DNA from: Candidatus Bathyarchaeota archaeon
GTDB lineage: Archaea; Thermoproteota; Bathyarchaeia; Bathyarchaeales; DTEX01
Direction: 5' to 3'
Assembly: GCA_963714275.1 (NCBI GenBank)
Contig: CAVQNT010000003.1
Span: 32,001-96,000 of the forward strand
DNA length: 64,000 nt
Shown: piece after piece, positions 24,167 through 35,263 of the stretch
Position numbering within the stretch: position 1 is the first letter of the stretch
Layout of the letters: every line of letters begins with the position of its first letter
The notes under the pieces: model-generated
Told to the model about the DNA's origin: nothing
Database searches by the model: none
Seen by the model: the letters and a program-made list of their open reading frames with translations, nothing else
Made by a program: the position numbers and the translations under genes

Positions 24167-24466
24167 TTATTTGTTGGGCACAACCTCGCTATAACGGTCA
24201 AGTTGACTCTTGATGGCTTGCATTTTTGTTAACTCTTTCTCCGCCAGCTCCAAGTAACTGCGATGAAAAGCCAGCTTCTCTTCTAAACGTTGGATCCTCT
24301 TTTTATGATACTCGATGAAACTGCGCAAAACAGCCTCATCATAGAAGGGTCCAATGTAAACAGATGAAACCTTCTTCCCAATCCTCGCAACCTGATAAAC
24401 ATACTTCTTCTTACCTCGAGTCTTGATGACAAACGCACCCGCACGGATATCTTTCGGTCTAGGCAT
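24167..24466 (-). CDS. Small basic protein resembling the SSV1 integrase N-terminal (ORF D-335-like) domain, followed by a coiled coil
   Basis: FVIKTRGKKKYVY...GKKVSSVYIGP resembles YILRERKGRYYVY...GEVKERYVGP. Confidence 0.55.
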   Translation of the reverse strand: MPRPKDIRAGAFVIKTRGKKKYVYQVARIGKKVSSVYIGPFYDEAVLRSFIEYHKKRIQRLEEKLAFHRSYLELAEKELTKMQAIKSQLDRYSEVVPNK

Positions 24467-24640
24467 AAAATCCCTCCACAGTCATGCCTTCAGATAGTAC
24501 TAATCATTAGTTTAAATATGCTAGCTGATCATCTTGCTAGCTCAGCTAAGTAAAATGAGTAGTTATCTATCTAAGAGTAAAATATATTAATGGTAAAAAG
24601 TGAAGTCCTAATTGCTTCCCTAAATGATTGAGGTTTCAGT

Positions 24641-25093
24641 ATGGAAAGGGACAGAACTCGCAAACGATATCTCTCAGGAGTCATTTGGGACGTCTACTTA
24701 TTTATTTTAACATCTAACGAGCCGGTGGGTGTTCGAGACGTCTGGAGAGGTCTCAAACTGTCTAGTCCCAGCCTCGCCCAATATCATATCAATAACCTTC
24801 TAGAAATGAAACTTATAGGCCAAGCAGAAGACGGAAGATATAAAGCAGAAGAAAAGAGCAGTTTAGAAGTCCTCAGAAACTTTGTCCTCCTTAGAGGTCG
24901 ACTGATTTCAAGAATGATTTTCTACGCAGCCTTTATTCTTGGCTTACTATTAGTGTACTTATTATTTGAACCTAAAAAATGGGACTTCAGGGACCTTCTA
25001 GTAGTCGCCATAGGACTATTCAGCCTCATTGTCTTCTCATACGAGGCTTTCATGCAACATAGAGGAATAAAGACCGGTGTTCAAAAGCTTTGA
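24641..25093 (+). CDS. Winged-helix DNA-binding protein with two C-terminal TM helices
   Basis: VGVRDVWRGLKLSSPSLAQYHINNL wHTH followed by two hydrophobic segments. Confidence 0.75.
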   Translation: MERDRTRKRYLSGVIWDVYLFILTSNEPVGVRDVWRGLKLSSPSLAQYHINNLLEMKLIGQAEDGRYKAEEKSSLEVLRNFVLLRGRLISRMIFYAAFILGLLLVYLLFEPKKWDFRDLLVVAIGLFSLIVFSYEAFMQHRGIKTGVQKL

Positions 25094-25127
25094 ATGGTTT
25101 TTACTAAAGGTTTGAACACATGTTCTA

Positions 25128-27186
25128 ATGTCTAGTATTAAGAGAAGCCCAGTCTTTATAATAGTTAGTGACAACAAAATGATTGGACACTCTGTATATC
25201 CAAACTACGGAAAAAAACTGTTATTGAAAACCTCTGCAGCGCTACTTCTAGGAATAACTTTGGGAACAATGCTGTTTAGCCTAGGCGGATTATTATCGCC
25301 AATCATCCCTGGACCAATAGTGTTCTCAGGCGCGTCGCCCATGGTGAGGTTCTCATCATACGGCGAACTTAAGACATTTGTCAACAAAACTGGATCAATA
25401 TCTGGGCCATGGAGGTACTTCCTTGACAGCGCCAAAGCAGGAACCGCAACGAATGCACCGGCAGCAGCGGCCGCAGAAGGCGCTTATTCAGCGCCCCGTT
25501 ACTCCCAAACTAATGTTCAAGTTGAGGGAGTAGATGAGGCCGACATAGTGAAGACAGACGGGCAGTACATTTACCTTGTATCAAATGGGAAGGTCTTGAT
25601 TATAGAAGCATATCCAGCTGAAAATGCCAGAGTTGTCGCTGAAATACCGTGGAACGGAACGATTTTCGGATTATACGTCAATGGAGACAGGCTTGTCTTC
25701 TTCGGAGATCAAGGCAGATATTTCATTAGACCAATGCTCGATTTTGCAGCGCCTTGGTACTACGGAGGCTTCGAAACATACATTCAGGTGTATGACATCT
25801 CGGATAGAACAAATCCTGTCCTAGGCTAGGAACGTTACTGTTGATGGTGGTTACACAAACTCCAGAATGATTGGCGACTACGTGTATGTTCTATTGAACT
25901 CACCGGTCTACGTGAAGGAAGACAATGAAGTTTTCCTTCCATCAATAAGCGACAACAGCAAAGTCGAATCCGTCGATGCTACAGACATATACCACTCAAA
26001 CGTTACTGACTACTATTACTCGCTGACAATGATTCTCGCTCTGAATGTCCAGAACGACCAAGAACCAATAGCTCAAGATAATTTTATGCTGGGGTACGCA
26101 AGTTCAATCTTTGTCTCCCTGACCAATATTTATGTTGCAATACCAAAGTATGAGCAAGATGGAACACAGAAAACTGAGGTTCACAAGATACATGTAGACA
26201 ACAGCAAAATAACTTACGAAGCTGCCGGCAAAGTGCCTGGGTACATTTTAAACCAGTTCTCCATGGACGAATACAATGGCTACTTTAGAATAGCGACAAC
26301 AGAATACAATTATGGAGTAGTCTATGAAGATACAAAGAACGGAACAGTAACAGTTACCAAAATCGAAGAACCTACAATCGTGAATAACGTGTACGTTCTA
26401 AACCAGAGCATGGCAACTGTTGGAAGCCTTGAGGGACTTGCTCCAGGAGAAAGAATATACTCTGCACGGTTCATAGGAGCCCGATGCTACTTGGTCACAT
26501 ACGTCCAAGTTGACCCGCTTTTCGTAATAGACCTCAAAAACCCAGAAGACCCCAAAGTGCTAGGCGAACTAGTGATGCCGGGATACTCAAATTACCTACA
26601 TCCGTACGACGAGAACATATTGATCGGCATAGGCAAGAACTCCACTGAAGTACAAGGAGAATGGTGGGGAGCCTATTATCTAGGCGTCAAAATCTCACTG
26701 TACGACGTCAGCGACGTTGAACATCCAAGGATAATAAAGGACCTCATGATCGGTGACAGAGGAACAGACTCAACCGCTTTAACAGACCATAAAGCTTTCC
26801 TGTTCGACAAGGAACTGAACCTTCTTGCAATACCTATCCTGCTTGCAGAGATAGATGAATCAAAATATCCTGATGGAGTCCCATCAACCGCCTATGGCGA
26901 ATACGTGTGGCAAGGACTTTACGTCATGGACATAACCGCGAATGACCTTACACTCAGAGGCACAATCACCCACATAGACAACTTACAAGATGGCTACATA
27001 CTTTGGGAATACCAAATAGAGAGATCTCTGTACATCGAAAACATGCTTTACACCATATCGAACATGAAGATCAAAATAAGTGACCTGACGACCCTTAAAA
27101 CAGTAAACGAAATTATCATTAACAACAGTAGTAGCAATGGCAGTAGCGATGGAAGTAGCAGTGGAAGTAACGGTGGAAGAGAATAA
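25128..27186 (+). CDS. Secreted beta-propeller domain protein (Beta_propel family); frameshift near 25825
   Basis: YSQTNVQVEGVDEADIVKTDG, LNQFSMDEYNGYFRIATT, GERIYSARF and VDPLFVIDL motifs. Confidence 0.9.
27130..27177 (+). repeat. Four 12-nt coding tandem repeats encoding a Ser/Gly tail
   Basis: AGTAGCAATGGC AGTAGCGATGGA AGTAGCAGTGGA AGTAACGGTGGA. Confidence 0.7.
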
Positions 27187-27342
27187 ACTACCTAAAACGT
27201 TTATAGCCCCTTTTTCTATTTTTTTTAATCCTTAACATGCTTATGAATTGGCAATATGGACTATAGGCACACATTTTTTTATATGATAGGTTCATAAAAA
27301 AGGGAAGGAGTGCCTAGATCATCCTGAGAAGCTAGCTACTTA

Positions 27343-27567
27343 ATTTTAGGTTTATCAACCTTCTATCAGACACCTGAAGAATTGATTTTAGCAAAGTTAC
27401 GCATGATAAAGGCTACGATCCCTAAAGAAAGATCTCTAAAAGACGAAGACGATGTGAAAGCAATCATGAAATTTACCAAAGTAGACATAAATGCCATTAA
27501 GAAAAAGGCAAAAAGAAACAAAACACTAACAATATTAGAAACCATGATGCCTCAATCAATCAGCTAA
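27343..27567 (+). pseudogene. C-terminal stub of a nucleotidyltransferase (AbiEii/DUF6036-like) protein
   Basis: Reads ILGLSTFYQTPEELILAKL...KDEDDVKAI, the C-terminal half of MNT/AbiEii-like NTases; the N-terminal catalytic half is absent. Confidence 0.6.
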
Positions 27568-27748
27568 TAAAAGTCAGCTAGTCGAGTACTGAACCGAGTA
27601 TTGATCTGAAACCATGTAAAATAGATCATATTGAGAATTCTCTCTGCACTATGGCTGCCCTATGCGCATTATCAACCAGTACGACATAAAGCTTAAAAAC
27701 ACTCAGATTACTCTTTGAAACGACCGAAACAAAGGTGATGAAGAAAAT

Positions 27749-29713
27749 ATGGCCACTTGTCAAAATATTCCTCTCATACCTCGGAAAGTGCTTTTCGGTA
27801 ACCCAGACAAAGCCTCGCCCCAACTTAGCTACGACGGGAAGAGGCTAGCATTCCTGGCGCCTGTGAAAGGCGTACTCAACGTCTGGGTTGGTTCTGTCGA
27901 CGACCTTGCAGCAGCCAAACCCGTCACAAAAGACACGTACCGCGGGATACGCATTTACCTCTGGGCTTACACAAACAGGCACATACTTTACCTTCAGGAC
28001 AAGGCTGGCGACGAGAACTGGCGGATCTACGCCACTAGCCTAGACACAGGCGAGACGAAAGACCTCACCCCCTTTGAGGAAGTCCAAGCCAGAATTCAAC
28101 ATTGTAGCCCAAAGTTCCCTGAAAAGATCCTCGTTGGGCTAAACAACCGCGTTCCTCAGTTCCACGACATTCACCAAATAAACATCCTCACAGGTGAAAT
28201 GTCGCTCGTTCAAAAGAACCCAGACTTCTCCGACTTTGTTACAGATGACAATTATAACGTCAGATTTGCATCGCGGTTCACGCCTGACGGTGGAAACGAA
28301 CTTTTCAAGCCGACGGATGATGGCAGTTGGAAGCCGTTTATGAAGATCTCTATGGAGGACTCGCTAACCACAGGTGCTGTAGGGTTTGACAAAACGGGTA
28401 TGATCCTCTACATGGTCGACAGCCGCGACCGAGATACCTCAGCCCTGACAACTCTCAACCTCGAAACAGGCGACGAGACTATGCTGGCTGAGAACCCAAG
28501 TGTAGATGTCAGCAACGTGATGATGCACCCGACAGAGAAGCATGTTCAAGCAGTTTCTTTCAATTACAAACGGGAGAGCTGGCAAGTCCTTGATAACTCC
28601 ATTGAGGGCGACTTTTCGTACCTTATCAAAGTTGCACAAGGCGACATGAACCCCATTAGCCGTACGCTTGACGATAAACACTGGATCGTCATGTACATAG
28701 TGGACAACGGGCCAGTGCACTACTACTACTATGACCGTGCGAAGAAGAAGGCGCAATTCCTTTTTACGAACCGTAAAGAACTGGAAGGCTTGCCCTTAGC
28801 GAAGATGCATCCTGTCATCATCAAGTCTCGGGACGAGCTTGACCTAGTTAACTACTTGACAACTCCTCTAGAAGCAGACTCCGAAGACGATGATATTCCT
28901 GATAAGCCCTTGCCCTTGGTGCTGGTCGTCCATGGCGGGCCATGGGGACGTGACACTTGGGGCTACGACTCTATGCACCAGTGGCTGGCCAACCGAGGAT
29001 ATGCAGTATTGAGCGTCAATTTCCGAGGGTCAACTGGGTTTGGTAAGAAGTTCATTAATGCCGGCAACATGGAATGGGCTGGCAAGATGCACGATGACTT
29101 AATCGACGCCGTGCAGTGGGCCTTCGAGAAAAAGATAGCTGAACCTAAACGCGTCGCAATCATTGGTGGAAGCTTCGGGGGATACGCTACCCTTGTGGGA
29201 CTAACATTCACACCTGAAACATTCGCATGCGGAGTGGACATAGTGGGCCCTTCGAACTTGGTGACACTGCTTAAATCGATCCCGCCTTATTGGGCGCCAC
29301 AGGTCGAATTGTTTAAAAAACGTGTCGGAGACCACACAACGGAAGAAGGCAAAGCGTTCCTTAGAAAACGTTCCCCACTAACCTATGCAAAACGCATCAA
29401 AAGACCACTTCTAATCGGGCAAGGCGCAAACGACCCACGCGTAAAGCAGGCTGAGTCAGACCAAATCGTCAACACAATGCAGAAAAAGGGAATCCCAGTC
29501 ACTTATGTGCTTTATCCGGATGAGGGACATGGGTTCGCAAGACCAGAAAACAGGCTTTCATTTTTCGCTGTCGCTGAAGCATTCCTCGCTAAGTGTCTGG
29601 ATGGAAGATTCGAGCCAGTCGGGAATGACCTCAAAGACTCAACCATCACCGTTCCGGTTGGAACCGAGCACATCTCTGGGCTTTCATCCCTCCTGCCACA
29701 GAATCCTCCGTAA
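27749..29713 (+). CDS. S9 family peptidase (acylaminoacyl/dipeptidyl peptidase)
   Basis: HGGPW, GGSFGG, NDPRV and DEGHGF catalytic triad motifs. Confidence 0.95.
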   Translation: MATCQNIPLIPRKVLFGNPDKASPQLSYDGKRLAFLAPVKGVLNVWVGSVDDLAAAKPVTKDTYRGIRIYLWAYTNRHILYLQDKAGDENWRIYATSLDTGETKDLTPFEEVQARIQHCSPKFPEKILVGLNNRVPQFHDIHQINILTGEMSLVQKNPDFSDFVTDDNYNVRFASRFTPDGGNELFKPTDDGSWKPFMKISMEDSLTTGAVGFDKTGMILYMVDSRDRDTSALTTLNLETGDETMLAENPSVDVSNVMMHPTEKHVQAVSFNYKRESWQVLDNSIEGDFSYLIKVAQGDMNPISRTLDDKHWIVMYIVDNGPVHYYYYDRAKKKAQFLFTNRKELEGLPLAKMHPVIIKSRDELDLVNYLTTPLEADSEDDDIPDKPLPLVLVVHGGPWGRDTWGYDSMHQWLANRGYAVLSVNFRGSTGFGKKFINAGNMEWAGKMHDDLIDAVQWAFEKKIAEPKRVAIIGGSFGGYATLVGLTFTPETFACGVDIVGPSNLVTLLKSIPPYWAPQVELFKKRVGDHTTEEGKAFLRKRSPLTYAKRIKRPLLIGQGANDPRVKQAESDQIVNTMQKKGIPVTYVLYPDEGHGFARPENRLSFFAVAEAFLAKCLDGRFEPVGNDLKDSTITVPVGTEHISGLSSLLPQNPP

Positions 29714-29808
29714 AATAGCGCGCGCTGTCATGAAACGTTCTAGGTTATTGTCAATTTTTCGTTATGTCTTGGCAAAGAATATAAAGCATTATACGATATT
29801 CATGGTTA

Positions 29809-30658
29809 GTGATGTTCTTGGTTTTTTGTATAAAATGTGGAGCAGAAATAGACGAAAACGCGAAGTTTTGTCCTAAATGTGGCGCAAGTGTATCTGCCAT
29901 TGAGACGCAGAGCGCGTCCATAAAATACGAAATTAAGTATCGACCATCGTATTCTCTTCTCGAGGTTCAGCTACCGAACAACGGTTTCATCACGGCTGAA
30001 GCTGGCGCCATGGTTTACATGAGCAGCAATGTTGAAGTAAAAACCCACACGAGGGTTGAGCGGTCAGGACTTTTAGGCACACTCAAGGTTTCAGTGCTTG
30101 GCGGAGAAACGCTGTTTATCAATGACTTCTTTGCCCGTGGCGGAGATGCCAAAGTCGGGTTCGTTTCAGCTCCGCTTGGCGACATTACACGATTAGAGAT
30201 TAACCAAAACAAGGGATACATCATTCAAAGATCCGCTTACATTGCCTCCACGCCAAATGTTAAACTGGACACTCAGTGGCAAGGTTTCACGAAGGGGTTG
30301 TTTGGTCAGAACCTGTTCATGATTAAGACCCTGGGCGATGGAGACGTTTTCGTGAACACTTTCGGAGCTATAGACAAGCATGATTTGGGACCTGGAGAAA
30401 AGTTGATTGTGGACAACTACCATTTAGCCTGCCCTGAGCACGACTTGCCAGTATCAAGTGCGTATGTTCGGAGGACTCAAGTCCACATTGTTGAGCGGAG
30501 AAGGGCTCATTACGGAAGTGACTGGACCCGGAGAAATCTACGTTCAAACCAAGAACCCTCGCGAATTTGCAGACTGGCTCTGGAGATACATAGGTCCAAA
30601 GGTTCACGGTGCTAGCGCTATTAGCAGTCATGGATATACGCATAAAATACCTCATTGA
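29809..30658 (+). CDS. Zinc-ribbon plus TIGR00266/AIM24 family protein; frameshift near 30430
   Basis: CxxC..CxxC N-terminus; AEAGAMV, GGETLF and SGEGL..GPG.IYVQT motifs. Confidence 0.88.
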
Positions 30659-30791
30659 TTCTTGCATTCTGCACGTCCACTTTGCTCATTGCTTTTCAAT
30701 ACATTCAATGCAGCAATATCAACGTAGAATTCAAAGCTCTGAATCAATTAGGTGGTGGTGGATTATATTTTAATCAACTAACCAAAACCTA

Positions 30792-30959
30792 TCATAGTTC
30801 TATTCCGAACTTTTCCTTTAATTCTTTTCTACCTTGTTCAGATAGATACCATTTGGTTCCTCTTCCACCTGAACCCTGTTGCTTTAACCAACCTTGTTTT
30901 ACACAGTACTCAAGAAACTTGGCTCCTAACCAAAAGGGATTAATTAGTTTTTCAAACAT
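30792..30959 (-). CDS. Small 55-aa protein with a wHTH wing-like segment (below the ORF-track cutoff)
   Basis: Manual translation MFEKLINPFWLGAKFLEYCVKQGWLKQQGSGGRGTKWYLSEQGRKELKEKFGIEL*; AT-rich TATA-like upstream region. Confidence 0.65.
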   Translation of the reverse strand: MFEKLINPFWLGAKFLEYCVKQGWLKQQGSGGRGTKWYLSEQGRKELKEKFGIEL

Positions 30960-31061
30960 TTTCCCACTTGAATGACCTATCGTTTTTTTATTAAAGGGGT
31001 ATATATCTAAATGATATAAAATTTCATATACCTATAAAAAATTATTAAATTTTACAAATTA

Positions 31062-31115
31062 GATCTGGATGGAAGCTTTAAATAAGATACTGCCCACGAT
31101 GTTTCCATCCAGATC
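31062..31115. repeat. 13-bp perfect inverted repeat (hairpin)
   Basis: GATCTGGATGGAA-N28-TTCCATCCAGATC. Confidence 0.7.
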
Positions 31116-31476
31116 ACCTAATGCATAACAAAAGAATTTCAGAGAACATGATAAATTATTGACTGTTAATATGCACGCTAGATTTTTTTCTTTTTCTTTT
31201 CTCTCTGATATCAATTTCAACAGCTGAGCTAGATAACTAACTGTAGTGCAGATAGCTCGCAGTAAAAATTCATTTTTGTTTCAAATGAGGAAATGATTTG
31301 AAGTCGACTTTTTGTAAAGTTTTGGTAATTCGTCTTGTTATACTGTCATTAATCTTTTTTGTTTATTCATAAATTGTGAAAAGATATTTAAAAAAAACAG
31401 CGCTGTTAACAAAAATTTTTTATAGATATAATGACTAACAATTATCATAATCTTATTAAATAAGAAGGAATCAGAG

Positions 31477-32969
31477 ATGAAAGTAAAAACTAGTATCATG
31501 AAGGAATTTTATACAGCAGCAATCATAATCCTCTTGATATGTAATTTTTCTCTTTTTTTCTTCCTCACAAACGTCTATGAGGTGTATGCGCAGGAAAAAT
31601 ATGATTATTACGGTTATGTTCCAGCGAAAATGTGGCGGTACAATTTGACTGACGAAAATAATCTTACTTCAGGCTGGAGGTTAGCCACAAATTCGACGAG
31701 GACATCTGGGATTACGACAGCTGGGTTGGTGGCAGTCGTGGGTATAGTTAACAGCACTCACGTAAAAGTCTACAGTATGGATAATGGCTCATTGGTTTCC
31801 CAAACAACAATAGACAGCATGCAGAAATATTACGCTGTCTTCAAGAATGGAACCCTTTTTAGAGTTGAAACAGACAAGTTAGCAAACGTTTATCTCCTTA
31901 ATTACGGGTCAGTTCCCGCTTGGAACGCAACTAATGCAGCTGCCGATTCGTTTTATCAGTCAACCAGCGGAACTTACGTTGGGAAAGAGTTTATTTTGTT
32001 AGGATCTGGAAACGGTTACACCATAGGACACGCAATCTTTGCTTTGGAGAATGCTGAGGTTACTGTGACAAGAAATGACAGTATACAAGAACAATACAAG
32101 ATTCCAGTGAACACATGGAAAGAGATATTGTGGCAACCTTTCAGAACATATAAAATTGTTTCAACAGGTTACATAATGATCCAGTCAGGAAGACCTGTGG
32201 ATATTTGGGGATATGCTCGTTCGTTCTTTTTGCCTTCTACTGAAGGAGGGTTTATGGGCAATACCTTCTATTCGTGGTTCAACCTAGCTGGGACCCTATC
32301 GAAGCCTATGGGTTCAGAGCGTCATCTGCCCAGGACGCGAAGATCACGGTTTTTAACCTTGAAACCAAACAACAAATACTGACAACAAACATACAAGCAG
32401 GAAGCGGGTTCAGCTTTAAGCCTTCAGCAAACGCAATTGTCGTACAAAGCGACAAGCCAATCACGCTTCAATATCTCCACAACGGCTCAATTACTAATTC
32501 ACAATATTCAACGGGACCCGGAATTTATGGTGCTTATGGATCAGGCGTTGCATACTTAGGTGTCAAGCCCAACGAGGATACTACGTTCTATCTTTCAGTG
32601 GATTCGTATGTTGAAGCCTACATTTTCGCGTCCGAAGACACGGACATCACGTTAGATGGCAACAACGAGCCCATCAAAGCAGGCACCTACTTTTCGCTGT
32701 CGACGCCTGGAACACATACAATAAGGGCAAACAAAAACGTAGTCGTTGAGACACTGAATTGGCCAAACACGCCAGAAAATCAAGGACTCGCATATGATGG
32801 AGTCCAGATACCCAGCGTTCAAACAGTGGACATGGTTGTTGACGTAACATTGACTCCTCTTGGAGAAGGGTTCCCAATAATGTACGTGGTCATAGGAGCT
32901 GCAGCTGCTGGAATATGCGTAATCGTGGCTTTTATTTTCATGAGAGGTCGAGGCAAAAAAATAGCGTAA
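31477..32969 (+). CDS. Secreted beta-rich surface protein, paralog of 13148..14660; frameshift near 32280
   Basis: Colinear similarity (YYG.VP, TSGW.L, YVGK.F, QSDKPITL, TLTPLGEGFP + TM). Confidence 0.7.
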
Positions 32970-33124
32970 ATTCCAAAAAAATAAGGGCTTTTTATAAGAA
33001 ACAGTGTGTGTATTTATTGTGGAGACTGCAATTTTTAGGGTTTTACTATCTAGCTCGATTATGTTCAAAAGAATAGTAAATGCACGATGATTGATTCGTT
33101 CAGACTATAAGAGAAGCAAAAAAT

Positions 33125-33929
33125 TCAATGTTTAGCAGAGTGCCACCAGAAGGATTCGGGTTTAACCTTATTTTTTAACTCGTCTTCTTCCCTTCTTTCT
33201 TTGTCTGTTAGAGAATAGTCTTTAAGATGTCCGACGAGACAGTCTTCTTCTAATTGCTCTAATGTTGTCACTCCCGGTACCACCGTAGCGTATTGGCTGA
33301 TTGAGAAGCCATTTTAACGCCAGTCTTGCTGGCAAAGCTCCCCAAGCAACGGGCTTCATAATAGTTATTCCAACCCCTTTGCTATTGCAAAGCGGGATAA
33401 GTTTTTTCAGCGGTTCACGCTCAACAACATTCATTGGTACTAAAATGATTTCAAAATTAAATCGCTCAAGCGCCATAATCAAGAGGCAGTCTTGATGACT
33501 AGTGCATCCAATATGCCTAATTAAGCCTTGATCACGCGCTTCTATAAGCGCTTCAAGCGCGCCTCCAGAGCCAAGTCGCACATCAATGTCTCGTTTGTCT
33601 TCTAGACAATGAAGATGATAATTATCTATGTAATCTGTCTGCAAACGTTCAAGAGACTCATGAATGCTCTTCCATGCTTCTTCTTTAGTCTTAGCACCAG
33701 TCTTGGAGGAGATGTAAATCCTTTTTCGATCATCCCCTAAACCTTGACCTAGATTAATTTCGCTATTAGTATAAGCATGTGCAGTATCAAAATAATTAAC
33801 GCCATAATCTAATGATTTTCGAATAATTTCATCCGGTTGCTTTGTTTTTGAAGTATCACCCAACCAGCCGCAGCCAAAACCAATGACTGAAACTTTAAGA
33901 CCTGTGTTCCCTAACTCTCGATATTGCAA
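33125..33929 (-). CDS. Aldo/keto reductase; frameshift near 33290
   Basis: YRELGNTGLKVS, FDTAHAY and DYIDNYHLH motifs; C-terminus ATVVPGVTTLEQLEED continues in another frame. Confidence 0.88.
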
Positions 33930-34027
33930 TAAAACACCTCATTCAGCCAGTATTTCACTTTCCTCTCACAGCGTCTAACAAATTCACTACATCCTCTTCT
34001 ATTAGCCCCATATGTTTAATATTTACC

Positions 34028-34063
34028 ATATTAGTGAGCTTAACTATAGTTAGTGAGCTAATT
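34028..34063. repeat. Representative copy of the dispersed intergenic TAGT/TGAG/CTAG/TAAC motif
   Basis: TAGTGAGCTTAACT is identical at 144..157 and 34032..34045; ATATTAGTGAGCT is identical at 13114..13126 and 34028..34040. Confidence 0.7.
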
Positions 34064-34167
34064 CGATCGACTTGGCTTTGTTTAGATAATGACAGATGCA
34101 TTTAAAAAAAATTTATGTAATTGTTGTTATCTTTGTTTATTAGAATTCAACGTTTGGAGACAATGAC

Positions 34168-35235
34168 ATGATCAGACTTGGCATAATAGGCACGGGTGGC
34201 ATGGGTAATCACCATGCTAGCCAATTCAGCAGCATTGAAGGAGTAAAGATCGTAGCCTGCTGCGACATTTCTGAACAGCGACGAAAGGCGTTTGCTAAAA
34301 AGTGGAAGGTTCCAGCTATGTATGAAGACTATCACGAAATGTTAGAAAGAGAGGAGATAGATGGCGTTGCCAATGTGACACTCGACGCGATGCACGCGCC
34401 GATCTCAATTGCTGCGATAGAGAAAGGTATCCCGATTCTGTGCGAAAAGCCCATGGCAACCAATGTTAATGAGGCTAGGCAGATGCTTGAAGCAGCAACC
34501 AAACACAAGGTTATCAACATGGTCAACTTCTCTTACCGTAGTTCAAGCGGACTGCAGGCAGCGGCAAAGGTAATCCGTCAAGGCAAGATCGGCAATATTA
34601 GGCATGTTGAGTCCAGCTATCTGCAAAGCTGGCTTGTAAATCGAGCATGGGGAGATTGGCGAAAATCAGAAGGTTTACTGTGGCGGCTATCAACGAAACA
34701 CGGAAGTACAGGCACCTTAGGAGACCTTGGAGTCCACATATATGATCTTACCAGCCTCCTATGCGGCGATTTTGCACAAATTCACTGCAAGCTAAAAAGT
34801 TTCGATAAAGGAGTTCTAGGAAACCAAATCGGCGAGTACGTTTTGGATGCCAACGACAGCTTCATCTCGGCTGTGATATTCAAGAATGGCGCCCTTGGAA
34901 CGATTACTGGGTCACGATGGGCAGTTGGGCAGATCAACAGCTTACAGGCCCATGTTTATGGGGACAAAGGTGCAGTTAAGATCGATTTGGACAAAGCATA
35001 TGATGAATACCGAATTTGCGTGGGTCAGAGAAATACTGACAAGGCCGTGTGGAAAACAGTAAAATGCCCTCCTACGCCAAATAATTATGAAAGATTCATC
35101 AATGCCATCAAAACTGGTATAAATGACCCGTCCGACTTCGCTAATGGCGTGAAGATCCAGGCTTTTCTCGAATGCAGCTTTGAGTCTGATCGTCTGGGCA
35201 GATGGGTCAGCATCGAATCTTATAAAAATGGCTAA
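34168..35235 (+). CDS. Gfo/Idh/MocA family oxidoreductase
   Basis: GIIGTGGMG, LCEKP and GTLGDLGVH motifs. Confidence 0.9.
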   Translation: MIRLGIIGTGGMGNHHASQFSSIEGVKIVACCDISEQRRKAFAKKWKVPAMYEDYHEMLEREEIDGVANVTLDAMHAPISIAAIEKGIPILCEKPMATNVNEARQMLEAATKHKVINMVNFSYRSSSGLQAAAKVIRQGKIGNIRHVESSYLQSWLVNRAWGDWRKSEGLLWRLSTKHGSTGTLGDLGVHIYDLTSLLCGDFAQIHCKLKSFDKGVLGNQIGEYVLDANDSFISAVIFKNGALGTITGSRWAVGQINSLQAHVYGDKGAVKIDLDKAYDEYRICVGQRNTDKAVWKTVKCPPTPNNYERFINAIKTGINDPSDFANGVKIQAFLECSFESDRLGRWVSIESYKNG

Positions 35236-35263
35236 TAGGAGCGAAATAGAAGAGGTTAACTAG

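Noticed and set aside
2661-29725. AGCGCGCGC runs shortly after stop codons (2661-2671 and 29717-29725)
   Set aside because: Only two low-complexity occurrences; not enough to call a site.
30655-30975. 106-aa plus-strand ORF
   Set aside because: It is the antisense shadow of the more protein-like 55-aa minus-strand ORF.
33005-33040. CIYCGDC ferredoxin-like peptide in a spacer
   Set aside because: It is too short and bounded by stops, so it could be chance.
33955-34030. Possible gene tail (HMGLIEEDVVNLLDAVRGK*) between the junction motif and the AKR gene
   Set aside because: It fits the stub pattern positionally, but no family is recognisable.
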